From contig CAXXKJ010000002.1 of NCBI GenBank assembly GCA_963675295.2, positions 1,728,001 to 1,792,000 on the forward strand: a stretch of DNA of 64,000 nucleotides. The letters are read 5' to 3'. A model generated the notes under the pieces. The model did no database searches and had not been told where the DNA came from. It was given only the letters and a program-made list of their open reading frames with translations. Positions within the stretch are counted from its first letter, which is position 1, and every line of letters starts with the position of its first letter. Positions 10,524-21,330 of the stretch are shown here, piece by piece. A program made the position numbers and the translations under genes. This DNA comes from a bacterium (GTDB lineage: Bacteria > Electryoneota > Electryoneia > Electryoneales > Electryoneaceae).

Positions 10524-13500
10524 GTGATCCCGAGACCTTCGACCATCGACACCGACCCGCAGTGGTATCGTGACGCCGTCATCTACCAGTTGCACATCAA
10601 GGCGTTTCAGGACTCCGACGGCAACGGCACCGGCGATTTCAACGGCATCATCCGCAAGCTCGATTACCTGCAATCTCTGGGGATTACGGCGATCTGGGTA
10701 CTGCCGTTTTTCCCAAGTCCACTCCGGGATGACGGCTACGACATCGCCGATTACTACAGCGTTCACCCGCAATACAACACCCTGCGTGAATTCAAGGCTT
10801 TCCTGCGCGAGGCGCACAAGCGCGGCATCCGTGTCATCATCGAGTTGGTGATCAATCACACCTCGGACCAGCATCCGTGGTTTCAACGGGCGCGTACCGC
10901 GAAACCGGGCTCGGTGTACCGTGATTTCTATGTCTGGTCCGACATCGCCGACAAGTACCAGGACGCGCGTATCATCTTCAAGGATTTCGAAACCTCGAAC
11001 TGGACGTGGGACCCGGTCGCGAAAGCGTACTACTGGCACCGCTTTTACTCGCACCAGCCGGACCTGAACTTTGAGAATCCGCGCGTGCAGAAGGAAGTGC
11101 TCAAGGTGCTCGATTTCTGGTTGGGGATGGGGGTGGACGGCGTGCGGCTGGATGCGATCCCGTACCTCTACGAACGCGAAGGTACCAACTGCGAGAATCT
11201 TCCGGAGACGCATGAATTATTGAAGAAGTTACGCGCTCATGTGGACTCGAAGTACGATGACAAGATGCTGCTCGCGGAAGCGAACCAGTGGCCGGAGGAT
11301 GCGGTCGCCTACTTTGGCGAGGGCGACGAATGCCACATGAGCTTCCACTTCCCGATCATGCCGCGGATGTTCATGGCGGTACAGATGGAGGACCGTTTCC
11401 CGCTCACCGACATCCTCGACCAGACGCCGGACATTCCGGACGGCTGCCAGTGGGCGATCTTCCTGCGGAACCATGACGAGTTGACGCTCGAGATGGTGAC
11501 AGACGAAGAGCGCGACTACATGTACAAGGTGTACGCCCGTGATCCGCGCGCCCGGATCAACCTCGGCATCCGCCGCCGGCTCGCGCCGCTACTGAAGAAC
11601 AACCGGCGCAAGATTGAGCTGATGAACTTCCTGCTGTTCAGCCTTCCGGGCACACCGATCATCTATTATGGCGACGAGATCGGCATGGGCGACAACTACT
11701 ACCTCGGCGACAGGGACGGTGTCCGCACACCGATGCAGTGGTCGCCGGACCGTAACGCTGGTTTTTCCCGTGTCAGCCCGCAGAAGCTGTACCTGCCGGT
11801 AGTGATCGATCCGGAATATCACTACGAAGCGGTGAACGTCGAGAACCAGGAGGCGAATGCGTCCTCGCTGCTGTGGTGGATGCGGCGAATGATCGCGATG
11901 CGGCAGCAGTTCAAGGCGTTGGGGCGTGGCACGACAGAAATGCTGTTCCCGGACAACCCGAAAGTGCTGGCGTTTCTGAGAAAATTCGAGGATGAGACGG
12001 TGCTGGTGGTGGCGAATCTCTCCCGATTCTCCCAGGTTGTGCACCTCGACCTCGCCGAGTACGAGGGCTGGGTGCCAGAGGAAGCGTTCAGCCGAAATCG
12101 TTACCCGGCGATTTCATCGCGGCCCTACCTGCTGACATTGGGCGTGCACGACTATTACTGGTTCCGTCTGCTCGACGAAGAGCATCGCATCAGCGACGAC
12201 GACAGCGTCCCCGCGCTGAAGCTGCGCGCCGGGCAGGGTTGGGCGAAGGTGCTGGACGGCAAGGTCGGCGAAACACTTCGTTCGGACGTGTTGCCGCAAT
12301 TCCTCGACCGGGCGATGTGGTTCCGTGGACGCAATCGCAAGCTGCGTGAAATCGAGATCGTTGACCGGATTCCGGTGCAGTCGGAGGGGCAGTCGTTTGT
12401 AATCGTGCTGCTCGAGGTGGTGTACACCGAGGGCAACCGTGAACGCTACATCCTGCCGTTATCGTGGCTGCCGGGCGAACTGGCGCAGCATACGCTGGAG
12501 AACCAGTCCCGCGCGGTGCTGACCATGCTGCGGGTCGACAATGAGGACGGTCTGCTGTTTGACGCTTTGTACAGCCCCGAGCTGAACAACCTGTTCCTGA
12601 AGACGATTTCCGGCCGCCGCAAATTGAAGGGGAAGCACGGATCTCTGGTGGGACTCACCGGCAGCCGCTTCCGCAAGCTTCGAGGCAAGGGTGAGCTTGG
12701 ATCGCCGCGCGTGCTGAACATCGAACAGAGCAACAGCTCGATCCTGTATGGCGACAAATTCTTCTTCAAGCTCTACCGTCTGCTTGAGGAAGGGCCGAAC
12801 CCGGACGTCGAGCTGACCCAGTTCCTCACCGGATCGCGGCAGTTTGAAAACGTGCCGCCATTCGCCGGGATGATCGAATACCGTGGCACGGACGAAGAAC
12901 CGATGGCAGCCGCGCTGTTGCAGGGGCTGGTGTCGAACCAGGGGGACGCATGGACGTTCGCCATCGACACGCTCGAAGGCTATGTCGAACAGCTGCTGAC
13001 CTTCCGTGGCCGGATGAATGAACGGCGCGGGGCGTCGCTGTTGCCGGCGTTGCCGGAGCCGCTTCCGTCCGTATTTGACGCCGTCTGGTGGGATCTGCCG
13101 GAGAACGTCGAGCATCTATTCGATTCGTTCTTCCTCGAGATGATCACGTTGCTCGGGCAGCGTACGGCGGAAATGCACCAGGCGCTGGCGTCCGATCCGA
13201 CCAAGGCTGACTGGCGGCCGGAAGCGTTTTCCACGCTCTATCAGCGGTCGATGTACCAGTCGATGCGGTCGCTGACACGTCGCACATTGACGCAATTGAA
13301 ACGCGAGCGGAAGCGTGTCCCGGATTCCGATCTCGATCGTGCGGACTGGGTGCTGAATCGTGAAAAAGAGGTGCTTGCCCGGTTTGAGCGAGTGCGGGGT
13401 CACAAGATCGACTCGCAGAAGATTCGCATTCACGGCGACTACCATCTCGGCCAGATCCTGTTTACCGGCAAGGATTTCGTCGTCATCGACTTCGAGGGCG

Positions 13501-13889
13501 AACCGGCGCGCACGTTGAGCGAACGGCGGCTGAAACGGTCACCGTTGCGCGATGTCGCCAGCATGATTCGCTCGTTCCACTACGTCACGATGACCGAACT
13601 GCGGCGCTACGAAGAGCAGGACGCCGAGCTCGGTGCCTGGCTGCGGCCGTGGCTCGAGGCGTGGTACCTGCGGGTCAGCGGCCAGTTCCTGCGGTCGTAC
13701 CGAGAGCAGATGAACGGCGGCCATATGGTCCCGGACGACAACGCCGACTTCGCGTTGCTGTTGAACAGCTTCCTCGTCGAAAAGGCGGTGTACGAACTTG
13801 GCTACGAACTGACCAACCGGCCGGAGCGGGTGTGGTTGCCGCTTCGTGGGCTCGAGGACCTGCTGCAGGATGACGGGGGAAAGGGGTGA
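10524..13889 (+). CDS. treS: Trehalose synthase (GH13 maltose alpha-D-glucosyltransferase) fused to maltokinase
   Basis: WYRDAVIYQLH, ELVINHTSDQHPWF, GVRLDAIPYL, FLRNHDELTLE; C-terminal kinase with EQSNSS, RIHGDYHLGQ, IDFEGEP. Start re-assigned to GTG 10524 after GGAG. Confidence 0.94.
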   Translation: MIPRPSTIDTDPQWYRDAVIYQLHIKAFQDSDGNGTGDFNGIIRKLDYLQSLGITAIWVLPFFPSPLRDDGYDIADYYSVHPQYNTLREFKAFLREAHKRGIRVIIELVINHTSDQHPWFQRARTAKPGSVYRDFYVWSDIADKYQDARIIFKDFETSNWTWDPVAKAYYWHRFYSHQPDLNFENPRVQKEVLKVLDFWLGMGVDGVRLDAIPYLYEREGTNCENLPETHELLKKLRAHVDSKYDDKMLLAEANQWPEDAVAYFGEGDECHMSFHFPIMPRMFMAVQMEDRFPLTDILDQTPDIPDGCQWAIFLRNHDELTLEMVTDEERDYMYKVYARDPRARINLGIRRRLAPLLKNNRRKIELMNFLLFSLPGTPIIYYGDEIGMGDNYYLGDRDGVRTPMQWSPDRNAGFSRVSPQKLYLPVVIDPEYHYEAVNVENQEANASSLLWWMRRMIAMRQQFKALGRGTTEMLFPDNPKVLAFLRKFEDETVLVVANLSRFSQVVHLDLAEYEGWVPEEAFSRNRYPAISSRPYLLTLGVHDYYWFRLLDEEHRISDDDSVPALKLRAGQGWAKVLDGKVGETLRSDVLPQFLDRAMWFRGRNRKLREIEIVDRIPVQSEGQSFVIVLLEVVYTEGNRERYILPLSWLPGELAQHTLENQSRAVLTMLRVDNEDGLLFDALYSPELNNLFLKTISGRRKLKGKHGSLVGLTGSRFRKLRGKGELGSPRVLNIEQSNSSILYGDKFFFKLYRLLEEGPNPDVELTQFLTGSRQFENVPPFAGMIEYRGTDEEPMAAALLQGLVSNQGDAWTFAIDTLEGYVEQLLTFRGRMNERRGASLLPALPEPLPSVFDAVWWDLPENVEHLFDSFFLEMITLLGQRTAEMHQALASDPTKADWRPEAFSTLYQRSMYQSMRSLTRRTLTQLKRERKRVPDSDLDRADWVLNREKEVLARFERVRGHKIDSQKIRIHGDYHLGQILFTGKDFVVIDFEGEPARTLSERRLKRSPLRDVASMIRSFHYVTMTELRRYEEQDAELGAWLRPWLEAWYLRVSGQFLRSYREQMNGGHMVPDDNADFALLLNSFLVEKAVYELGYELTNRPERVWLPLRGLEDLLQDDGGKG

Positions 13890-14794
13890 TGGCCGTGACT
13901 CAACCCAAAGTGTTCCCGGATGGGATGCTGCTCGGCCACGCGACCCACGAATCCGGCACCACCGGCGTGACGGTGATGCTTTTCCCCGAGGGTGCGTCCG
14001 CCGGGCATCACATTCACGGCCACGCCACCGGATCGCGGGAGCTGGACACGTTGTCACCGTTGCATTCGACGCGTCAGATTCATGGTCTCTGCTTCGCAGG
14101 TGGATCGGTGTTCGGGCTGGCGGCGGTGGACGGGGTAGTGCGTGAACTGGCCGAACGTGGGATTGGACTGAAGACACCGCACGCGACGGTCCCGATTGTC
14201 CCTGCGGCGATCCTGTATGATCTGGATGGCGGCGAGGTTCGTCCCGATGCTGAGCTGGGCCGACAGGCCACACGCAATGCGTTCAGTGGATCGTCTGGGC
14301 CGCTCACTGGACGTATTGGCGCGGGGGCTGGCGCGCGTGTCGCCCGCATCACCGGTGCGGAACAACCCGGCGGAATCGGAATTCACACGCGCACGCATGA
14401 CGGCTTCACCGTCACCGCGATCGTCGCGGTCAATGCACTCGGCGCGATCCGTGATCCGGAAACCGGCGACTGGGTGGCGGGCGAATTGGCGGCGGACCAA
14501 AACAGTTTTGACAACTTCCCATTCGGCAACACCACGCTGGCGGCGGTGATCACCGACGCCCCGTTGAACCGTGACCAGTGCATCCTCGTCGCACGCATGG
14601 CGAGTGCGGGGATAAGTCGCACACACTACCCGGCGTCGACTCCGTTAGACGGCGACGTGGTATTCGCGGTGTCGTTGGCGAAGGATGCGGAAACGGATCC
14701 GGCGGGCGTGAAACGGTTGACTGAAACCGGGCATCTTGCGGCGGTTTGCGTTGAACGGGCGGTGGTTGCGGCGGTTACGTCTACGCGGACGTGA
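13886..14794 (+). CDS. P1/S58 family (DmpA-like) peptidase
   Basis: TGVTV, GSRELD, AGGSVFGL, VPIVPAAILYDL, GAGAG, GNTT autoprocessing site, DGDVVF. Confidence 0.88.
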   Translation: MMAVTQPKVFPDGMLLGHATHESGTTGVTVMLFPEGASAGHHIHGHATGSRELDTLSPLHSTRQIHGLCFAGGSVFGLAAVDGVVRELAERGIGLKTPHATVPIVPAAILYDLDGGEVRPDAELGRQATRNAFSGSSGPLTGRIGAGAGARVARITGAEQPGGIGIHTRTHDGFTVTAIVAVNALGAIRDPETGDWVAGELAADQNSFDNFPFGNTTLAAVITDAPLNRDQCILVARMASAGISRTHYPASTPLDGDVVFAVSLAKDAETDPAGVKRLTETGHLAAVCVERAVVAAVTSTRT

Positions 14795-14840
14795 TGACCG
14801 AGGCCGGTCGATCTTGCACAGTACGTAGTACGGTTCGCAC

Positions 14841-15794
14841 TCAGGATGATTTGAAGTTGATCGCGGGTTGGTCGTGAGTCGGGGAGTCGTGATTCCAGAT
14901 TTCACTCGCGAATTCGTGGATGGCGTGCACGGATTGAAGCCGCCGGTTGGTGAACCGGTCCGCCAGCACTTCAATCAACTGGTCGAGCACCAGTTCGGCC
15001 TTCTCCCCTTCGGTAATCACCACTTCGTCCCGGTGATGCGCTAAAAAGCGGATCGCCGTTTGGCAGTCGTTCATCTCTCCGAGTTTATCCTGGATCTTCT
15101 TCAAGCTGTTGCGCACAGTGCCCGCTTCCTTTTGCGCCATGATCGGCAAGTAGGCTTCCAACTGATATCGCATCACTTTCACTTGGATCCGGGTTTTATG
15201 CAACGCCGGCAGGGGAGTATTTTCGTTGATCGCCCAGGCATGCCGAATCATCCGTGACATCAATTTGCTCAGGGTCTGGCAGGCGTGATCGAGGATGGAG
15301 ATGGTCGCGTGTTCGGCAAGTGCTGGTTTGGTGTTGCCATCAAGCACGGCGAACCACTCATCGAGAATGCCGGAATAGCTGTCGCGCCGCAATTCGGCTT
15401 CGAGCCCACGCCACGCGTTCTCACGCTTTCTACTCAGCCAGTTGCGCAGCTGTTCGGTGCCGGTGGCTGATGAATTCGGTAGCGCAAAGGTGAGTTCGGG
15501 CAGTTGCAGGATGAAGACATCGATTTCGCGGATGAGGTTGGTGATGCGTTGCAGATCCCGCAGGCGGGCGTAATAAAACTTGATTTGATCCGTGGCGAAA
15601 ATACCCTTCATGCCCTTCAGTAGCGCGCGGCTGCGCCGCAAGGCCACCCTGAATTTGTGCAACTGTTCAATATTACGTGCAACCAGGGCGTTCGCGTCGA
15701 ACTGCAACAGTGGTTTTCGATACATGCCGAGAACCACCAGCGCGGCTTCATGCGCGGGCATATTTGGGGTTAATCTTGTCAAAGTCCACTCCAT
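14841..15794 (-). CDS. CHAD domain-containing protein
   Basis: EQLHKFRVALRRSRALL, REIDV, LHKTRIQVKVMRYQLE, IQDKLGEMND; start taken at ATG 15794. Confidence 0.85.
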   Translation of the reverse strand: MEWTLTRLTPNMPAHEAALVVLGMYRKPLLQFDANALVARNIEQLHKFRVALRRSRALLKGMKGIFATDQIKFYYARLRDLQRITNLIREIDVFILQLPELTFALPNSSATGTEQLRNWLSRKRENAWRGLEAELRRDSYSGILDEWFAVLDGNTKPALAEHATISILDHACQTLSKLMSRMIRHAWAINENTPLPALHKTRIQVKVMRYQLEAYLPIMAQKEAGTVRNSLKKIQDKLGEMNDCQTAIRFLAHHRDEVVITEGEKAELVLDQLIEVLADRFTNRRLQSVHAIHEFASEIWNHDSPTHDQPAINFKSS

Positions 15795-15922
15795 TCGACT
15801 TTCACAATAAAAATGTGAAATGGAGGCATACAGGGAAGTTATGCGAGAAAAGCGATCAATGCCAGTGATGTAACGCACAAGGCAGGAGAATGTTGAAGAT
15901 ATAGCTATTATTCTTGTTTTTA

Positions 15923-16612
15923 TTATACTTGGAGCTTTTTATCATCCCGAAAGATCTGGCCTGACGGACCATCATCCGGCAGTGTCGCCGCACGTACAAT
16001 GCCCCACGCGCCTTCCTCCACACTCCGTTGTGCGTTCTGCCCACCCATCCGTGTGCGCACCCAACCCGGCCCGACGGCGTTCACTTTCACCGTTGGCGGG
16101 ACTTCATGGGACAGCTTGTAGGTAAACGCGGTCAGCGCGGCCTTGGTCACGCCGTACGTCGCCGGTGAACTGGCGAGCGCTTGCGAATACAGGCCATAGC
16201 CGGAGACGACGTTGACAACTCGTCCCCAATTGCGCTTGGTCATCGCGGGTACAAACGCGCGGCAGGTCCAGATCGGACCGTGCAAGTTGATTACCAGCGC
16301 GTTCTCCCACTCTTCGTTTGTGGCTTCCAGCGAATCACTGTTGAACAGCACGGCGGCGTTGTTGATCAGGATGTCGACGTTGATGCCCTGTTCGACCAGT
16401 TCGGCGGCGCAGGTGTCGATACTCTCCCGGTCCGCCACGTCCATCCGCATCGGCAGCGCGATTCCGTAGCTGCTGAGCTCGTCGGCGGCCGCTTCGGCGG
16501 CGGCGAGATCCCGCCCGGTCAGGATCACACGGATATCTTGCTGCAGCAGTTGACGGCAGACTTCTTTTCCGATGCCGCGATTGGCACCGGTAACGAGGGC
16601 GGTTCGATTCAT
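15923..16612 (-). CDS. SDR family NAD(P)-dependent oxidoreductase
   Basis: TGANRGIG, NNAA, YGVTK, VNAVGPGWVRTRMGG. Confidence 0.92.
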   Translation of the reverse strand: MNRTALVTGANRGIGKEVCRQLLQQDIRVILTGRDLAAAEAAADELSSYGIALPMRMDVADRESIDTCAAELVEQGINVDILINNAAVLFNSDSLEATNEEWENALVINLHGPIWTCRAFVPAMTKRNWGRVVNVVSGYGLYSQALASSPATYGVTKAALTAFTYKLSHEVPPTVKVNAVGPGWVRTRMGGQNAQRSVEEGAWGIVRAATLPDDGPSGQIFRDDKKLQV

Positions 16613-16787
16613 GGCCGACTCCTGAGTGGGTTTGGATGGAGGATAAGGTTTTCGGCGAGCGACGTTGGCAGGAATCGTTCACGATCCGCTCGGGAGACGC
16701 CGAAACTACGAATACGGAGTGATATTTGCTACGAATTTCACATACACCCTCGATCGTTTCATCGTGGAACAGTTTGGGGAGTTGATC

Positions 16788-17534
16788 ATGCAGCTGTCGA
16801 AAAAACAATTGGATCAGTGCAAGGAAAGCCAGTGGGACTTCAGTGATCTGCGCGCATTGTTCCTGAATTGTACGCTGAAGCGCTCCCCTGAGATGTCGCA
16901 CACTGACGGCCTGATCAACATTTCCAGGTCGATCTTCGAGAAGAATGGTGTCACGGTCGATGTCCTGCGACCGGTGGACTTCAAGGTTGCGGCGGGTGTC
17001 TACCCGGACATGCGCGAACGTGGCTGGCCGGACGATGAGTGGCCGGAGATCTACGACAAGGTGCAGGCCGCTGATATCCTCGTGTTGACGACTCCGATCT
17101 GGCTTGGTGACAAGTCGTCGGTCGCGACACGGGTTATCGAACGGTTGTATTCGACATCCGGCGATCTCAACGAACACGGCCAATACACCTACTACGGCAA
17201 GGTCGGCGGGACGCTGATTACCGGCAACGAGGATGGCCTCAAGCATTGCGCGATGAACATCCTCTATTCGCTGCAACACCTGGGATACACCATTCCACCG
17301 CAAGCAGACGCCGGCTGGCTGGGCGAGGTCGGGCCGGGGCCATCCTACCGTGATCCCGATTCCGGCGGTCCGGCGAATGATTTCACCAACCGCAACACGA
17401 CGTTCATGACATGGAACCTGATGCACCTGGCCCGGATGCTGAAGGATCGAGGGGGTATACCCGCGCACGGCAACCAACGGTCGCTGTGGGAGGCGGGCTG
17501 CCGTTTCGATCATCCGAATCCGGAGTACCGATAA
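16788..17534 (+). CDS. Flavodoxin family / NADPH-dependent FMN reductase-like protein
   Basis: LNCTLKRSP..SHT, ADILVLTTPIWLG, ITGNEDG; start re-assigned to ATG 16788 after GGGAG. Confidence 0.85.
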   Translation: MQLSKKQLDQCKESQWDFSDLRALFLNCTLKRSPEMSHTDGLINISRSIFEKNGVTVDVLRPVDFKVAAGVYPDMRERGWPDDEWPEIYDKVQAADILVLTTPIWLGDKSSVATRVIERLYSTSGDLNEHGQYTYYGKVGGTLITGNEDGLKHCAMNILYSLQHLGYTIPPQADAGWLGEVGPGPSYRDPDSGGPANDFTNRNTTFMTWNLMHLARMLKDRGGIPAHGNQRSLWEAGCRFDHPNPEYR

Positions 17535-17566
17535 ATCCAATGTGTGGGGAGAGGGTGCCGGGGGAT

Positions 17567-17600
17567 GGAGCCCGTGCCGGATAGAATCGGCACGGGTTCC
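17567..17600. terminator. Hairpin between convergent genes, probable bidirectional terminator
   Basis: GGAGCCCGTGCCGG-atagaa-TCGGCACGGGTTCC; no clear poly-T tail. Confidence 0.5.
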
Positions 17601-17605
17601 TGCAT

Positions 17606-19165
17606 TTACTTGTTGGACAGCGAACGAATCAGTTTGCGACCTTCCCGGACCGCATTCCGGCCACGCGGGGTCATGAACACGACCAGCGACACCACCACAC
17701 CTGACAGCAGGGTTGCGGCAAGCAGGTCAGTGAGATGGATCGCGAATTCGGGCTTTTCCACGACACCCATCATCTCAGCCACCTGGCGACCCACGGCAAG
17801 GTAGCTGCGATACACGTAGCATACCACAGCCACGATCACCGATATCCCGAGCGGGAACGGCAGCAATTTGAGGATGTCAGCCGTTCGGACATGCCCCCGC
17901 CGTCCGGCGAACCAGAAAATGAATGGCATGCGCACAAACACGGCACTTAGCGAAATGCCCCACGCCACCCCGATTGTTCCCCACTGTAACCCGATGACGA
18001 TCCCGGCAACGGTGATTGAACTCGTGATCAAGCCCATTTGCAGGATTTCACGGGTGCGATCCTGACTGTACAGCAGCCATGGGACGGAATAAGAATACGG
18101 TGTTATGATAGCGGTAATGCCGAGGATCGCAAACAGCGCCGCGGTCTGTTGCCAGCCCGGTCCCAGTGCGACATAGATCAGTTCTGGTGCCATGACCACG
18201 CTCAGGGTGACCGGCGGAGCGACCAGCAGCGCCATCAATGTCACCGCCCGGCGGTAATAGTGCAGGTACCGTTGCGGCTCCTTCTGCAGCCGGCTCAGCG
18301 CGGGCAGCGCGACGTTGGTCAGCGGTTGCTGCACCTGCGACATCGGTTGAATCACCAGCCGGAACGCGCGTTCGTAAAAGCCCAGCGACGTCGCGCCGAT
18401 GAATTTGCCAATCAGCATCTGGTCGAGGTTGCGGCTGAGGTAGCTGACCAGGTTGTACGCAGCCGAATTGCCGCCGAAATTCAGCAACGGCCGTATGTTC
18501 GCACCGGGGTGAATCCAGCCGGGCATCCAACCGCTGGCGATCCAGAAACCGATCCCGATCCCAAATCCCTGCACCAGGTGATAGAACACCAGCGCCCAGT
18601 AAGATGCGCCCATCATCGCCGCGACGATCCCGACCGCAACCGCGAGGCCGTAGCTGATGATCTCTACCAGCGCGATCCGGCCAAATTGCATCTGGCGGGT
18701 GAGGATTGCGCGATGCTGTGAGAACACGCCGAACGGCCAGTACGAAATGGCGATCCAGATCCCGATCGGGAACACCTCCGGCCGTCCGAACCATGATGCG
18801 AGCAACGGGGAGAAACCGATCAGTGCCAGCACCATCAGTGAGATGAATCCGGTGCTGACCCAGAACAGGTTGGAGGCGAGGGCGTGGTTCATGTCCTCGC
18901 GTTGGATGGCGGCGGTGGTCAGGCCCATGTCCTTGATCACCATCGTCACTGCCATCACCGAGGTGACCATCGCGACCACACCGAACTCGTCCGGTGTAAG
19001 CAGACGGGCGAGGATCACGTTCATCGCAATCTGCATCACAAACCGGACCATCTGCCCGCCGCCAGTCATCAGTCCACCACGCACGGACCGTTTGCCGAGA
19101 GTGGCGCGGATTTCTTCCGTGCGGAAGAAACGATCAGGATCGTGATGACGGGATGCTGGATTCAC
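17606..19165 (-). CDS. Wzx/PST family polysaccharide flippase
   Basis: ILARLLTPDEFGVVAM, DMGLTTAAIQ, RNLDQMLIGKFIGATSLGFYERA, many TM segments. Confidence 0.88.
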   Translation of the reverse strand: MNPASRHHDPDRFFRTEEIRATLGKRSVRGGLMTGGGQMVRFVMQIAMNVILARLLTPDEFGVVAMVTSVMAVTMVIKDMGLTTAAIQREDMNHALASNLFWVSTGFISLMVLALIGFSPLLASWFGRPEVFPIGIWIAISYWPFGVFSQHRAILTRQMQFGRIALVEIISYGLAVAVGIVAAMMGASYWALVFYHLVQGFGIGIGFWIASGWMPGWIHPGANIRPLLNFGGNSAAYNLVSYLSRNLDQMLIGKFIGATSLGFYERAFRLVIQPMSQVQQPLTNVALPALSRLQKEPQRYLHYYRRAVTLMALLVAPPVTLSVVMAPELIYVALGPGWQQTAALFAILGITAIITPYSYSVPWLLYSQDRTREILQMGLITSSITVAGIVIGLQWGTIGVAWGISLSAVFVRMPFIFWFAGRRGHVRTADILKLLPFPLGISVIVAVVCYVYRSYLAVGRQVAEMMGVVEKPEFAIHLTDLLAATLLSGVVVSLVVFMTPRGRNAVREGRKLIRSLSNK

Positions 19166-19370
19166 AGGTTGCTTGCGATGGTTGCCGGCATGTGAAAGCC
19201 GCGTGAACGTGACGGGTCAATGTACATCGGCACGGCGGCGGTTTGAGCGGCGGCAGAGGCGATTCCGTGGCAACAGGGCCGGGCGTAGCGATACCTGACA
19301 GGTTTGTTTCACCGTGTGATCGTGGCCGGGCTCGGGAGGACCTCGAAACCGGTTGATCGGCGGATCTCAT

Positions 19371-19394
19371 TTTCACATTTTTGCAAATGTAAAA
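19371..19394. promoter_or_regulatory. Putative ArsR operator
   Basis: Imperfect inverted repeat TTTCACATTT-ttgc-AAATGTAAAA (9/10 match) just upstream of arsR. Confidence 0.6.
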
Positions 19395-19408
19395 ACGAGG
19401 GCGGGAAG

Positions 19409-19822
19409 GTGGATCAGACGGTAAAACGGCTCAAGGCGTTGTCGGACAGCACCCGGTTGCGGATTCTGCATTTGATTTCGTTGACGGAGGAGTGTTGTGT
19501 CTGCGAAATCCATGAGGTGCTCGAGTTGACCGCGCCGACGGCTTCGCGCAGCCTGCGGATTTTGGAGGAAGCGGGTTTTGTCGCCAGACGCCGGGCGGGA
19601 AAATGGATGCATTACCGGCTGCGTGAGATGGACCCGGAGTGGGAACAGGTGCGCGAGCGTATTCTCAATTCGATGCGAGACTCGATGGAGGCGCGTTTAG
19701 ATCGTGACCGTTTCAAAGCGTGGAAACAGACGGGCAGTTGCGGAGTCAATCCCGAACCTGCGGCGATTCGTGATGCGATCAGCAAGCAATCCAGTCAACA
19801 AACCATCAAGGATAGGGTCTGA
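19409..19822 (+). CDS. arsR: ArsR/SmtB family arsenic-responsive repressor
   Basis: [21 protein letters not shown] metal site, [23 protein letters not shown]; start GTG 19409; heads the ars operon. Confidence 0.88.
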   Translation: MDQTVKRLKALSDSTRLRILHLISLTEECCVCEIHEVLELTAPTASRSLRILEEAGFVARRRAGKWMHYRLREMDPEWEQVRERILNSMRDSMEARLDRDRFKAWKQTGSCGVNPEPAAIRDAISKQSSQQTIKDRV

Positions 19823-19842
19823 TACCTGAAGCAAACGCAGAT

Positions 19843-20913
19843 GTGCAGGGATTCAAGCCGCGCCGGCTGTCGGTGCTGGACCGTTACCTGACGGTCTGGA
19901 TTCTGTCGGCGATGGTGCTCGGCGTGCTGCTCGGCGCGTGGCTGCCGGCGGTTCCGGCGGCGCTGGACAGGATGAGTGTCGGCACCACCTCGATCCCGAT
20001 CGCCATCGGGTTGATCCTGATGATGTACCCGCCGTTGGCGAAGTTGCGCTACGAGCAGTTGCCGAGGGTATTCGCGGATGTCAAGGTGCTCAGTCTTTCG
20101 CTGCTGCTCAACTGGGTGTTGGGCCCGTTGCTGATGTTCGCATTGGCGGTGCTGTTTCTGCGTGACCACCCGCAGTACATGACCGGTCTGATCCTGATCG
20201 GGCTGGCGCGTTGCATCGCGATGGTGATCGTCTGGAACGACCTCGCGGACGGCAGCCGTGAATACGCTGCCGGGCTGGTCGCGTTCAACAGCATTTTCCA
20301 AGTGTTCTTCTATGCGCTGTACGCATGGGTGTTTATCACGCTGATCCCGCCGCTGCTTGGCATGGAAGGGTACGTCGTCGACATTTCGATGGGCCAAATC
20401 GCGAAAAGCGTGCTGATTTACCTCGGGATACCGTTCCTCGCCGGCTTCCTGACACGCCTGATTCTGCGCCGCATCAAGGGCGACGAGTGGTACACGAAGG
20501 TGTTCATTCCGAAGATCAGCCCGCTGACGTTGACCGCGCTTTTGTTTACCATCGTCGTCATGTTCAGTCTGCAGGGCGGGAATGTGCTTGCGTTGCCGCT
20601 GGATGTGCTGCGTATCGCGTTGCCGTTGCTGATCTACTTCGTCCTGATGTTCCTGCTGTCGTTCGTACTGGCGAAATGGACACGGACCGGCTATCCGGAG
20701 TCGGCGTCGATTTCGTTCACGGCGGCGTCCAACAACTTCGAGCTGGCGATCGCGGTGGCGGTGGCGGTGTTTGGCATCAACTCGGGCGAGGCGTTCGCCG
20801 CGGTGATCGGCCCGTTGGTCGAGGTGCCGGTGTTGGTGGCATTGGTCGGGGTGGCGCTTTGGCTCAGAAAAAAATGGTTCAGTCAACCGAAAACACGGGA
20901 GCGGACGGCATGA
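19843..20913 (+). CDS. acr3: ACR3 family arsenite efflux transporter
   Basis: [45 protein letters not shown]. Start may be CTG 19819. Confidence 0.95.
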   Translation: MQGFKPRRLSVLDRYLTVWILSAMVLGVLLGAWLPAVPAALDRMSVGTTSIPIAIGLILMMYPPLAKLRYEQLPRVFADVKVLSLSLLLNWVLGPLLMFALAVLFLRDHPQYMTGLILIGLARCIAMVIVWNDLADGSREYAAGLVAFNSIFQVFFYALYAWVFITLIPPLLGMEGYVVDISMGQIAKSVLIYLGIPFLAGFLTRLILRRIKGDEWYTKVFIPKISPLTLTALLFTIVVMFSLQGGNVLALPLDVLRIALPLLIYFVLMFLLSFVLAKWTRTGYPESASISFTAASNNFELAIAVAVAVFGINSGEAFAAVIGPLVEVPVLVALVGVALWLRKKWFSQPKTRERTA

Positions 20914-21329
20914 AGAAGGTGCTGATCTTGTGCACGGGCAACTCGGCGCGCAGCATCATGGCCGAATACCTGGTCAACACGGAGCTGGGTGACCACTGGC
21001 AGGCGTTTTCGGCGGGGGTGGACCCGTCGAAAGTGAACCCTTACGCGGTTAAGGCGATGGCCGAGCTGGGGATTTCGCTGGACGGCGCCCGCTCGAAGTC
21101 AGTGGATGAATTTCTCCAGCGGGATGATCTCGACCTGGTGATCACGGTCTGCGATCACGCCCGCGAGACCTGCCCGGTGTTCATGCAGCCGGTTCCGCAG
21201 GAACACGTCGGTTTCGAGGACCCGGCACCGTTCTCGGACATGGGGGACGAAGTCGCGCTGGCGAAGTTTCGCGAGGTTCGCGACCGGATTCGGAACGAGT
21301 TGATTCCGTTCCTCCGCGAACGCGCTTGA
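20910..21329 (+). CDS. arsC: Arsenate reductase (LMW-PTP/thioredoxin type)
   Basis: [38 protein letters not shown]; ATGA overlap with acr3. Confidence 0.92.
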   Translation: MKKVLILCTGNSARSIMAEYLVNTELGDHWQAFSAGVDPSKVNPYAVKAMAELGISLDGARSKSVDEFLQRDDLDLVITVCDHARETCPVFMQPVPQEHVGFEDPAPFSDMGDEVALAKFREVRDRIRNELIPFLRERA

Positions 21330-21330
21330 G

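Noticed and set aside
16335-17540. 401-aa minus-strand ORF
   Set aside because: Overlaps the well-supported SDR and flavodoxin genes; Arg-rich shadow frame.
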